DNA of 64,000 nucleotides from Geosiphon pyriformis uo1 (lineage: Eukaryota; Fungi; Glomeromycota): the NCBI GenBank assembly GCA_016748015.1, contig JAAOMT010000197.1, forward strand, positions 425,605 to 489,604, written 5' to 3'. Shown here one piece after another: positions 14,365 through 27,200 of this stretch. Each line of letters starts with the position of its first letter. The stretch's first letter is position 1. The notes beneath the pieces are model-generated. The model made no database searches. It was not told the DNA's origin and was given only the letters and a program-made list of their open reading frames with translations. Position numbers and translations under genes: made by a program.

Positions 14365-15199
14365 TTATAAAATCTATAAAGACAAAATACTCCAAAAATT
14401 TACAAAAATGGCAACTATTGAGACTATAAAAAAAATTACTCACTATATAGAAGAATATTATTTCAATATTTTAAGAAAAACTTAAGAATACTACTAGAAA
14501 CTATTATTATAAAGAGTAATTTTTGTTACTATATTTATACTAAGATTAATTACTTACTAAGCCAAACAACAAACACAGAAAAACTTGAAAAAAAAATCCA
14601 TCAAAAATTACTAATATACTCAATTTTAACTATCACTTAGATTATAGGCAAAACTTTTTTCATAATTAATAAAAAAATCGAAAAATATATTCAAAAACAG
14701 TACTTCCAAATAAAAAAACAACAACCATCAAAACTGATTTAAAAAAATCCAAGTTTGAATCTAATAATATACAAATTACACAAGAAAAAGCTTAACTCAT
14801 AATTAATAAGAAATCAAAATTTTTCTTATCAACTATTTTTTCATACTACTAGATATTAGAAAGTAAAATTCTATTTAATTAACCTATTGAAACACAATTA
14901 AAAACTCCAAAAACTCTTAGAACTCTGTATTTTTGGGACTATAACCAAAATGTTTGAACCAAATTCTTACAAAAATATAAATTATTGTTTGAAAATTTTT
15001 TTTTAATAATTAGTAAACCTGACAGAAATATTTTTTTTTGAACACAACTATTAGCATTACTTTTAAACAAATCAACTACTATACTTTTAGGTATAACAAC
15101 TATTTTACAAACTATTGGTTACACTAATAAAAAAAACAATTAGCTGTAAATTTAACAAAGCAACCAAACATACTTTTATCAATATCTTCTTTGTCAACA

Positions 15200-16050
15200 A
15201 TTAAACCAATTCCTATTACTTAGATTATGATTTACAAAAAAATTATCAGACTAGAAAAATTTTTTGGTAAAAAAAAACACATATATTTAAATTGCAAAAG
15301 CTAAAAAAACAATCAAAACCAATAATTAAAATAAGTTCAAAACAATTTAAGTTCTACTGTTCTTTTTAATAAAAACTGCAAACTTATGATACCAAAGTCT
15401 CAAGAAAAAACCAACTGATTTTGCTGTTTTTAAATTTATCTTTTTATAATACTTTTACAACTCTAATATGCTCATTAGACTACAAAATCAGTTCAGTATA
15501 ATAAAACAGAAAAATCATAAAGCAATAACTATTTATCTTGAGTGATTTAATCAAATTTTTTACCAAATTCAGGCAATCAAAAAAAACTATTATACACCAG
15601 GACAAATTTCCAACCAATTTATTAAAGAACTAAAAAGTAATATCTTTCAATTTATTAGATTTCACTATCCTAATAGCTTATAAAAAACCATAATACTTGC
15701 TTGTAACTTTGAATCAGTGAAGCAAAAAACCAATTATATTTAAGCTATTAACTTAGCCATAAATAGAACATCAGATATTAATGTTAAACTTACCTAATTA
15801 AGTAAAAAATTGACTCAGAAAATTGAAAAATTCTTAAAAAAAAACTCTGGAACTTATTAACTACCATAACATAAGAACAACTCTAACAATTATTAACAAC
15901 AGTAAAATTAACAACAATAACAACAATTTTAAAAGTCAGATTTTTGTAATTGTTACTATTGTCAAAAACCTAAACATATTATAAAAGATTGCCAAAAAAA
16001 ATTAACTAATTAAAACCAAAAAAATTAATATTAATTACAACCAAAATATT
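15200..16050 (+). pseudogene. Gypsy gag remnant (capsid region and CCHC zinc knuckle)
   Basis: Reads RLQNQFSIIKQKNHKAITIYLE*FNQI...QISNQFIKELK, with a CYYCQKPKHIIKDC knuckle near 15950-15995. Confidence 0.75.
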
Positions 16051-16724
16051 ACCAAGCCATGAGATTTCAATATTTTTTACTGTAATATTTACAATTATAA
16101 TACTCATCTTAACAATTCCCAATTTATTATTAGTCTTTACAAGCAATGATACAAACAACACTTCAATATTAGACTCTAATATATAACAATCTCAAATTTC
16201 GAGCTATTAACTATAATTAGAGATGGCAAAACAATGGTAAACATCAGATAAAACTTAGCAATAGACCACTTTATTCAATAATTTATAATAACATACAGCT
16301 TTAAATACTACAAACAAAATATTCAAACCAGATCTTATACTTTGGTCTTATAAAGATCCTGAATTTTGGTAATGCTACACTTTTGAAAAAGAAAAATGTA
16401 GTTACAATTACCAATTTTTCTTCTTAAAACACTAATCAGATCTCTAAAACAATTTTTTTTACCACAATTATTGAGAATAATATACTGGCTATCATATTTT
16501 TATTTAACATTAACAGTTTAAACACTACTAATTTTTTTAGTAAAGCTGTCTTTAATCAGAATAAGCCAATTATAACAATATATATTAATGTTTTTTTTTT
16601 TATTATATTTTACAAGCAAAGTCCAAATACTACCTAATATAATACATCAATTAACTAATCTAAACTAGACATGAATCATGCATTTTTTACATGCGACCAG
16701 CCACTTGGGCCAATCAGGACCACA

Positions 16725-19700
16725 CTAAACACCTATATGTACTGAGATTGAGTCTCCAACATCTGAGAAAAACAAACAAAACTTATGAAAACCAAAACCA
16801 ATACCAATTGCCTTAGCAATACCCAGCAACTTAACAACACCTGCAAAAAGCAATACAGGCAGTTCTAAAACTGAAACTAAAGCTGAACTGTTACTAGGTA
16901 TCATTCTACTTATCTCTATGCAGGCACAATACTTAGCACGGGCCAACCAAACCTTATTCCTAAAAGCAAAACACAAGTTACACACAAATTTCACAACTTT
17001 CTAACCAGCTATTTTGGCATTTCCAAAGACAGACACAGCTTCCTAAAGCCAATTCTTAAAAACAAAGCTCTTGCAAAAAGCCATGCAAATCATGACATTT
17101 GAAGCACAAAAAGATAAAAATTGAGAAACACTTAAAGAGAAGGCAGAAAGACCAGAAAGAAGACCCCAAACAGTAGCGTGAGCATCCAACAAGTGACAAT
17201 AAGCAAAATCATCTACTGTGCAAAAAAAAACATGGCCAGAAATCTCAACTTTATCACAATATAAACACAGCACACTGGAATAGCATCTGTTATACAATCA
17301 CTTCTGAACAGTGACCAGCAGCTGATGATATAGAGCTTTTATGAAATATGTGCAAACACCAGTTGTGAATTTACTAGTAAAGCCAGCAATCATGTACAAG
17401 TCTGGATGCCACACCAATGATGAGCTAAACCAATTAATGTCTAAATACAGACTGCTATCCAAAATCCTAAAACCTGAACCAATCTCTCAGCATATATGAT
17501 GAATAGACTAAAAGACCCCATGAACAAAATGTCTAGAATTACCAGAAACAACATTTCTATCAGCTAAAATATAACATTCTTTCACATACAGAACAAGACA
17601 CCAGGAAGAAAGAGATGCTGCATTGGTAAGCATATCAGCATGTTCATTGCCCATAATACCCAAATAACTCTGCACCTTGTGCTAGCTAATACTCAAATTC
17701 TTTTTTCTAATAATGTTCATAATATGCCAATGTTTAACCCAACAGCAATTCCTAAAATCTGAATAAACTATATCTAGTTCTGATTTGCAAGCATTCAAGA
17801 CAGCCTGACTGTCCAAATAAACACCAACTGAGCTTTTAGGAGAGACACACTCAAAAGCCAATGCAATGACCTGTAATTCAGCCAAAGTAAAAGACATTAA
17901 ACCAGAAACTTTGACCCCCAAACCCAAGCTTATATCTTCAAAAAAACCACAGCACCAGCTTTTATGTCAATACTCCCCAATCTCTTTAGAGACCCATCCA
18001 TATAAATGAAAAGGCTGTCAGTCTTGAGATCCAGCAACTGATTATAAATTAGTCCAAACTTACTAGATTCCAAAATATCCAAATACTTAGTACCAACTAC
18101 AGATAAAAAATGGACAGAAGAAGAAGCTACACTATCAAGAAAATTAATAGAAAGCCTAAACCATTCAGGAACAGGACCATATGAGTTCAGTCTTTTCTAA
18201 TACTTAAATGTTTTCCAATTAAAAACAGCTCTATTTTTATAGTAAAGCTGTTCAACAAAAACAATACCATATCTCTGAAGAGATAGAAGAAATCCAAAGT
18301 AATCAAACCTGCCAAGAACAGATAACATGGGAGTACTATCATAAAAACAGAAAAAATTGTTCACTTGACTACCCAGAGACAGACTACACCCAAGAAAAAT
18401 ACAAACCACATTTGCCAAAAAATTATTAGAAACACTGACTTTAATATGAACTGGGGATGTCAAAGAGTAGAGTGGGCTCTAAGACAGAATCTGCAAGTTA
18501 TGAAACCTGTGTAAAAATAAACGACCCAAAATCCCAACAGAGTTTACAAAGCACACAACAGAAGCAACTTTGCTTTTAGTTTAGACTTGCTTGAAAGTTT
18601 TTAAGCCATACAATGAGGGATGACAAAGTGCATTATTGAGAAAATTGAGGAGTAGACCAAACTTCAGTTTTAAGCCTTTGTGAATCAAAAAATTCCACTT
18701 ATTATACATACTAATAGGAACAAAACTGAACTGCATCCTGTAGCTAACAATAGGGTGGAAAACTGCAAACACAAGATACAAAAACTGCTTATCAGAAATG
18801 GTTTTCCTTAAAACCAGATTGGCAAAAAATCTGACATTAGCATCTGCTTTAGCCAGACTAGGTCTTAACAAACTCTCAATCGACAAAAAAATTCCCAGGT
18901 AGTAATGAAACTCTCTTTTCTTGGCAATAGAAATAGGTGAATCACTGATAGACAAATTAGGACATGCCACTTTGCAATTAATAGAAATTGCCACTGTCTT
19001 GTTATTGTTAATAAAAATGTCATTGATTCGAAAAAATTTATTAACAACATTGAAAATATGTTGGGTTGTAGTTTGGCTACTACCAATCCAGATTGTGTCA
19101 TTAACAAAAGCACTAGCAGCAAGAAAAGATGTCAATTCAGCCTAAGATTCCAAACAACCAGTCCTGGCAACAAAATAAAAGTTCATTCTATATCCATATA
19201 TGCTCTCCTGTTTTTTGACTTTACACAAAAAAGGATCATAAAATATATGCCAAAGAAGCAGTGAGAACACTTTCCTCTAATCCAAACTATTGTGTACTTG
19301 ATATCCATCTGTCAAACCAAAATTTGTCATCATTTTATTAACACAACTATTGTAAATGTCACCAAAAAATCTAATGAACTTGTCACACATCTTTATTCTG
19401 ACCAAACTGTTCTTAAGATGCTCCCACCTAACAGAGTTATAGGCCTTTTGCATGTTCTACAAGACCAACTAGAGTTCATAGTTCTTTTCCAAAACATTCT
19501 TAACAACAGAACCAACAGCAAAAATAGGAGATTGCATTGTCGTACCCTTAAGAACTGAGAAATTGTTCCCATGTAAAACATCAAAAAAGCTGTATGCCAA
19601 AGAAATTCTGTCTGAAAGAATCTTGGAAAAGATTTTGTGGGCAGTCTTAATTAAAACAATAGGTCAGGTGTTCGTAAAAACTCTCTTCCACTCATACAGT

Positions 19701-22270
19701 TTAAGAATTATTGAGACCCAAGCTTCTTTTCAAGCACCAAACACTGACTCATGAGACAAACAGGAGTTTAAAAGCACCAAAAGCATATCCAAGACCAATT
19801 TGTCACAATGCTTCCAAAGCTCATTTGACATTCCAGAAAGACCAGCAGCTTTGCCATCAAGCAGATTAGAAACCACTCTGAGTAGCTCATCAAAATTAAC
19901 TGAATACATCACATTTGAAAAAGCATCATCAAAAACATACTCCAAAGGCTGATATTGATGTGACCAATCATCAGAAAAATCCTCCACCACATTGTGCTTT
20001 CTGGTTCAGCCTTCCATAATCATGTCAATCTTGGCCTTAATTAAGTCTGGTTCCAGAATCAGTTCATTCTCAACCACCAGATGGTCCAAAACCACCTTCC
20101 AAAAAAGATGCTTCAGCACACTCCTAATTGTGCTACCTTTGTTGATTGCAAAATTCTTCATTTGACTATTAACAGCTGACCTTATTCTCAACTCTTCAGC
20201 TCACAAAGACTCAGCAAGCTTGGAGACATGATATGTCTTTCACATACTGAAAAGAGCTAAGTGCACACAATCAAAACTTACACCAGAGTTTACAATTTCC
20301 TACATAATTGAAGTCTTAATATTGTCCAAAGAATCCCAGCATTTTATAAGAAGAGCAAACCTATCAACATTTTTCTCATGAGAAGCCTTAGCAATCTTCG
20401 AAACCAAAAGCTCCAGCTTATGAAACTTAGAAGATTCCTTGGTAAAAACACTATTGTAATCTTTAAACCATTTTTTTCTGAATATTTTGTTAGCTGACAG
20501 CATCATAATTTTGTGAATTGTGTTCCATATTCCATTCAAGTCTAAGAATTGTGTGGAAGAGATAAAACCATCAAAGAACATGGCAGCATTAGCTATCATA
20601 GCTTCTTTAAACTTGCTCCACTTTGCATCATCAGCACCTTTAAAATCAAACTTCCAGTGATCCTTATTTGCTTGTCTGTGAAGAAAGTTCAACTGAGTGT
20701 CCAGCAAACTGTTCAGATTCACAGATACAGAAACAGCTCGATGATCGGTGTCAAAGTAATCACTAATGTTTATAACATCATGATTAACTATCACACTGAC
20801 CAAATTTGATAAAACCAATACAAAATCAATTGTTTTCTCTACACTTCTTGAATTCCTCCATGTGGAACTCTTCATGACCAAACTACCCACCAAAGAATTG
20901 ACCAGCCCTAAACTGACACACTTTTTAAATCTAGTACTTCTTTTCAAACTGTCTTCATTGAAATTACCACCAAGGATGATGAAAGAAAATCCATTAGCAG
21001 CTTTTGCAATGAGAAAGTTGATTTCTTCAATCTGTGAAAACCAAGCCGCTGTTACAGATGATTATTTGGGGTCTCAAATTAAATAACAAATCCATAACTT
21101 AGTGTTCAATATCTTGACAATACTGATGTTACTGGCATGTTGGTTGTATCTAAAGGTTTTAAAGTGGAGTCTTTTGTATAATAGACAGAGATTCAATGAT
21201 GATGTAGTTGGTTGGTGAGTTGTGTTCCCAATTTCTGTCTTTAGCTTGGTAGCTGGTTTATTCTGGCATTTGTGTCCTTCTGGTAAGCTATCCATTAATA
21301 TATATAATTTTACCCTTATTTCTGGGTCTTTTACCAGACTATCTGTAATGTCAATTACTCAGTATTTTAATCCTTAATTAGTTAGTATTCAACAAGAAAA
21401 ATCAAAGAAAGAAATAAATAAAAGAAAATAAAGAAATGAATCAAGATGATACACAAGTTAGTATTTTGTCAATAGCTATAATCAAGAGCTATTGTTCAGC
21501 GTAGTTAAGTATCAATTACTATCAATATGAAGTGTTGATAGTGGAGAGTAGATTTGGATAGTAGATGATTTATTTATTTAATATTTGTGGATGGAAAATT
21601 TCTAACTAAAGATTCTAATGGGAGGATTCTGCTCTTTTTACTTCTAATGCTATTACTATATATACATAATTAATGTTCTACAAGATCACTCATATTCTTG
21701 AGCAATGTACTATGATTTCTTAAGCAATGCTCACATTGCTAAATGATGTGCTCTCATTTTCTAACATTGCTCTATATTGCTAAACAATGTGCCATGTTTT
21801 CTGATATTGCTCTACATTGCTGAGCAATGTGCTCACATACTACATACTATTTGCTTATTGGTCTTCTATTTTTCCTATATCTGTTTTTTTTTTATGAGTA
21901 ACATCACAGATAAAGCACCAGCATACAGCCCCAAGACAGACACAAAAAGTTTATTTTTAAAAAGCAATCTAATGGATAGAAGCTGACCAGGCATCTCAGA
22001 AACCTTGCACACATGTTTTGCCAAAGAAAAGTTCATGACAACCACAACACCAACACCCAAATACCCAGAATTCAAACCAGAAGTGAACACACAGACACCT
22101 TCAAATTTGCCAGCAATCCACAGACAGACTTTATCTTTTAATTTAGTCTTAATAAAGATCAAAATCAAGTTGCTCATATTCTTATGCCAACAAATAATAT
22201 CTTCTTGCTTGGCAGGAACATTGATACCCTGAACATTACATGTAGCTATCTTTCAGATCAAACCACTCAT
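16725..22270 (-). pseudogene. LINE ORF2: APE endonuclease, reverse transcriptase, RNase H, C-terminal Cys motif
   Basis: APE: IATCNVQGIN, KTIDFVLV, DTDHRAV. RT: KAAGLSG, LQDM, AFVNDTIW, YLGIFLS. RNase H: LAELQVIALAFEC, YLDSQAV. C-terminal CLYCDKVEISGHVFFC. Confidence 0.9.
21050..21903 (-). mobile_element. Solo LTR, family A variant, inserted in the LINE APE domain
   Basis: Intact termini TGTTACA...GTAACA. Flanks CCGC and TCAC differ only by transitions (decayed 4-bp TSD). Removing the LTR and one TSD copy restores LGLYAGALS(A/V)AWFSQIEEIN. Confidence 0.9.
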
Positions 22271-24117
22271 TGAGATGAAGAGAATAACAAGGGACCCAAA
22301 CTAGCATCCAAATAATCAAACTTTGCCAAAACTGAACTAACAAAAGCCTCAAGAGTCACCAACTTAGATTCCAAACTGCCAATCTTGGTTGTTAAGACTT
22401 TTGAACTACTCAGACCCAATGTTGAGACACTAAGAGAAGCAGAAGAGAGGGGTAAAAGTACCAACTTAGAATCATCCATGACCATATCCAAAACCAAATC
22501 CTCCTTGGCAGCAATCAAAGTAGCTGAGACTTTAGGAAAAGGAGCTAAAGCTTGCAGCACCAATTTCATATTACTGAGTTTGCACACAATGCCAGAAACT
22601 TGGTTAGTTAGCAGCTCTAAAGATTGCTCTAAAGAGGCCAAACAAGCATCTAAAAACGAATTGTCAACCAAGACAAGAGAGAGACTATTATTCAAACCTA
22701 AAGTGTCAAAAAAAGGAAAACCAGAACCAGAAGCAAAGTGAAAACCATTAAGAGAACCAGCAAATGAGACCATCTGGGCCCAAGATTTACTATTGAAGGC
22801 AGCAGGGCAGGATATTGAAACACTTTTTTTCTCATACAACTTAGCCAACTAAAGGTGATGTTCATCAGACACAACCCTTTTAAATGTTCTTGAAAGCTTA
22901 AAGAGAAATGCAACAGGTGCATCACATTCCAGAGCAGAATGATCAAACTTTCTGTATTTCTCATACTGAACCAGATCTATCCTTGCCCAAGAAAGTTTAA
23001 TACCACCAAGAATTGATTTCATACAAAAGACAGATTCCAGATTATCATCAGATTCAAAACCAACTACAGCATAGTGAATCCTATTACCAGTTTTTAGAGA
23101 TTTGTTTATGATACAAGTTTTTTCACCAGCCCTTTCCAGAAGAGTCCCAAGATCATGTGCTGTCATTCCCACTGGCAAAGTAAACAAAAATGCTCTAAAC
23201 TGATCCCTTGATGTCTAAGTTTCACAATTTTCTACTGCTTTGACTATATGCACAGAATCCTTACCAATTAGAAACAACCACTTAGAGGCTAACAAATTAG
23301 CTTGGTCTAATTTAGCAAACTCCACCACAGTTTTTTGTCACATTTCAATCAGTTGAATTTTGATCGACTTAATTTCTCCAAATTCAGATACTGCAGTAAT
23401 GATCATATATTTAGGTGTGTTCATGAGAATTTTTTTAATTATTACAGCCCAATCTGACCTCATTCCTTGTCTCTTAAGATCACTGTTTATGTTAATCCCT
23501 TTTTCTCTGGCCAATGATGCAGCCATTTCTATGCTTTTTTCTAAAGTAAACGTTGATCAGATGATCCCTTCAAATTTTAAGAAAGTAGTGGCTTCCCCAA
23601 AACTATTGACTAATGAAAAAATTTTTCTGATAAATTGAGTCTTTGCTGTCGCTGATTTCTCTTTCATAGCATTAAGATTGATGTCAAAAGCAAAAGACTT
23701 TCTGACAGATACTTCAACTTGAGATTTGACAATTTTTGGATCAACCCATTTCTTTTCAAGAAAAATTTTAAAAGAGAGAGGGAGGAGTACATTATTTTTA
23801 TCTATGCCATAATTAATTGAGCCAAGAAAGAAGCCACAAACCAGATTGGTAGTTACTTTTTTAGCTTTAGGTGTGTTTGTTGTTGAACCAAAGAAAGAAT
23901 TATTGCCAACACCAAGAGAAATCTCATTGTCTCTACTATCACCAAATACACTGTCCATATCTAAATACATACCATGACTAATATTAGGTTTGACCAAAGA
24001 GATATCTTTTTCATCTCCAGAATGCTTGACATTACCAACAGAAATCTTTTTTTTCTAAGAGAAAAAACCTCCAACAGGACCATAAAGAACTCCTATGGGC
24101 GCCTTTTTTTTAGACAT
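22267..24117 (-). pseudogene. LINE ORF1 (nucleic-acid binding protein with a decayed CCHC knuckle)
   Basis: Collinear ORF pieces 23557-23997, 23338-23526, 22849-23187 (YEKYRKFDHSALEC knuckle remnant) and 22267-22848. Starts MSKKKAP at 24117. Confidence 0.8.
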
Positions 24118-24280
24118 AGTACTACCTGAAACAGCAGCCAGATTCACCACAAAAGGATTATTTGATTGAGAAATGTTTATAAGAGATAGCAAAAAAGAAA
24201 AAAATAAAAACTTTTTTTTCAAAAAAATGCTTTTTGGAGTTTTTTTGAAAGTAAAAGAGAAAGAAGTTTTTTTTAATGTT

Positions 24281-27200
24281 AAAGTAGAACAATTAGATAT
24301 TAAATTAATATTTAACAGTAAATTTACAAATAGCATAATTACAAAACAATTCATAAACCAATTAAATCACTAAGTAAATTGTGCAGCTATTACTAGAATA
24401 ATTACTGTAGATGAGAATACCAAAACACTGATAGAAGAGATTGACAATTTTTTTTTTAAAATCCATAAAATTAGCATCTTAACTAAACTATTTATTATAA
24501 AAGCCACTCAATATCAAGTTTTTATAAGAAACAATTGGTTAACTAAAGCTCATATTACATTTAATTAAAATATCCAAAAACTTCAGATCATCTTTAATAA
24601 ACAATATACTAAAGTACTCACCATATGTGAACACTTTAAAACAGCATTCTTAGAACAATTTCTAATTAAATTCGAAAAATTTACTTTTCAGCCAATTTTG
24701 AAAACCTATTAAGTTTCTTGGGTTAATAATTTTAAAACAAAGCTATTACTATTTTTTACATAAAAAAAAAGACAAAAAAAAAAACAAGACAATACTTTAT
24801 TTTTGGTTATTATTTCTATATATTGTTATTATATTATTACCAAAAAAAAAATCTGACTTACTATTGACCAAAGTTAATATGTATTAATTGTAAAAAAAAA
24901 TTGTCATTAATATATGTTTGCTGTGATAATAATAAAAACTGGCTAATAATTACCAAATACTACTGTTGTTTATGTGTTCTTAAATGCTTCAGATGGCTTA
25001 AAAAACAAGGAAAATAGGACAACAAATCTTGTTTTAGGTGTAAACAAATTTTTTTTAATGAAAAAATATTCTTAAATAAGACAAAATATATAACAAATTA
25101 TGTTAATATACTATTTTTATCAGTAATTAGATAAGCAAAGAGACATTTATAAATGCCATATAATAAAGAGCTTTTTTATAATTAAATAGTTATTTACATG
25201 ATAAAAATAAAATATGAAAAATAGTAAACACCAAATAAAATTTTAGAAATAAAGAACAATTTACTAAAGTCTGGCAAAATACATTATATTCTTAATTTCA
25301 ATATCTTTGATTTTAATATGAATAACTCAGAACAATTTTATGAATATTATTAAAAATTTACTTTTATTTAAAAAAAACAGAAACAAAAATTGGCTGATCT
25401 TAATACAAAGTTGTGTGATTATTGTCTGATTTTTTGTCACTTTCAATATTATAATAAGTATAATCTATTAATTAACTTATCTCCAAAAATCTTATATCTT
25501 ATTTTTAAACTAAGAGAATTCAAAGAAAAATATAAATTTACTACTAAAGACATGTTGTTTTAAAAGCCAAATAGAACTACTAAAACAAATTAGTATTTCA
25601 CTTATTCTTACTTTTCCAAAAAATTAAAATTAAAATAATATAGTAATAATAACAAAAAAATATGTCTTAAAAAAGCATATACAAATAATAGTAAATTTGA
25701 TTTAAAATATCCTAAATAATCTCTTGTGGTTATAGCATCCTATTTTTTTGTAAAAATAAATCTCAAAATAGCTCTAAAAATTTCTATTAACACTATAATC
25801 TAAGTGGCACCTTAGTTTAATCTCACAAAAAAAAAATTTGATGTAAAAAAAGGAATTATTAATATAGAATATACAAAAAACATTATTATAATATTATAGA
25901 ACAATTCCAATAAACTTTATACAATTGAATCACAAAAAAAATTGTTCAAAGTATCTTTTTGCCTTTTTTAAAAATACTATAATTAACTTCAGTTATTATA
26001 CATAAGAAATTAGAGCTTACTATTTAAAAAATTAAGAGGTTTGGATCAAGTAAAAGAAGAAATATATCAGTTAATTTTGTAAAAAACAACAATGAAAAGT
26101 TAAAACTTATTTACACTAATATTATTATTTCTATTTTTTGGTATTAACAGTATATTCTAAAAATAGATTGAAAAATTCAAAATCAAGTCTTTTTATTCGA
26201 AATTAATCCAGAAATCTGTTCTTTAGCTAATGTTACCAACTTATATATATTTGCCAAAGCTTATAAACACTTCAAAATTTTTATTCACAATTCTATTAAA
26301 AATGTTATCAAGATTTTTAAAGAGATTTTTATTGGCTTCATTTCTCTGAATATTCAGAATTTTGAAAAATTTCTGTTTATTACAGATTTTATACAATTGT
26401 TCTTATTTTGTAATAGTATTTTGCAAATATAGAATCTGTTAACAAAAAACTATCTGTTTACACCAGAAAAAATTGTCAAATTAAATCTGAAAACCTTAAA
26501 TACATTACAACAGATGCAATTTAAAGTTTTTTTAAACTAATATGTTAATTTGGATGCACTAATATTGTAAAATACCAAATTAATATAAGAAATACTAGAC
26601 TTATTAAACTAAATAATTCCAATAAATAATAACTTGATTAAACAGAAAATACAATAAATGTTAAATAATTGATTAATTAAAGAATTATTAAGTTTTTGGT
26701 TCTCTCTAGTAGTATTGGTTATCAAAAAAAATAAAAAAATAAGATTCTGTATAGACTACCAAAAGTTTAACAATATTACTTAAAAAGATAGTTACCTAAC
26801 TTCCTTTATTTAAAAAATTCTGAATAATCTAGAAAATAAGAAATGGTTTTTTTCTTAGACTTGGCCAGTGGATATTGGCAAATTGAAATAGACTCTAAAA
26901 ACAAAAACAAAATGACATTTACCATACAAAATAAAAATTTTAAATTCAATATAATGTTTTTTGAACTTTGTAATACTTTTATTACTTTTTAGTATCTTAT
27001 AGATATTATATATAAAGAAATTTTCTGGAAATCAATAATAGTATATTTAGACAATACCAATGTATTTTCAGAAATGTTTGATGACCACTTGTTCTACCTC
27101 CAACAAGTTTTTGATTGCTTTTAGAATGCTAAATTAAAATTCAACCCAGAAAAATGCTTTTTTGAGAAGATTGAATTAAAATTTTTATAATATATAATAA

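Larger units (their letters stand above)
16593..24272 (-). mobile_element. Full-length LINE (~6.8 kb excluding the inserted LTR): ORF1 + ORF2 (APE-RT-RNase H), inserted in the gypsy protease region
   Basis: Poly(A) appears as a T-run at 16591-16601. TSD TTAATGTT lies at 16585-16592 and 24273-24280. The protease frame (IYIN|VKVEQLDIKLIFNS) resumes after the element. The conserved 5' end AAAAAACTTCTTTCTC is present. Confidence 0.93.

Noticed and set aside
21074-21295. Short ORF MDSLPEGHKCQNKPAT inside LTR family A
   Set aside because: The frame does not appear to be preserved in the other LTR copies. The local conservation is better explained by RNA structure.
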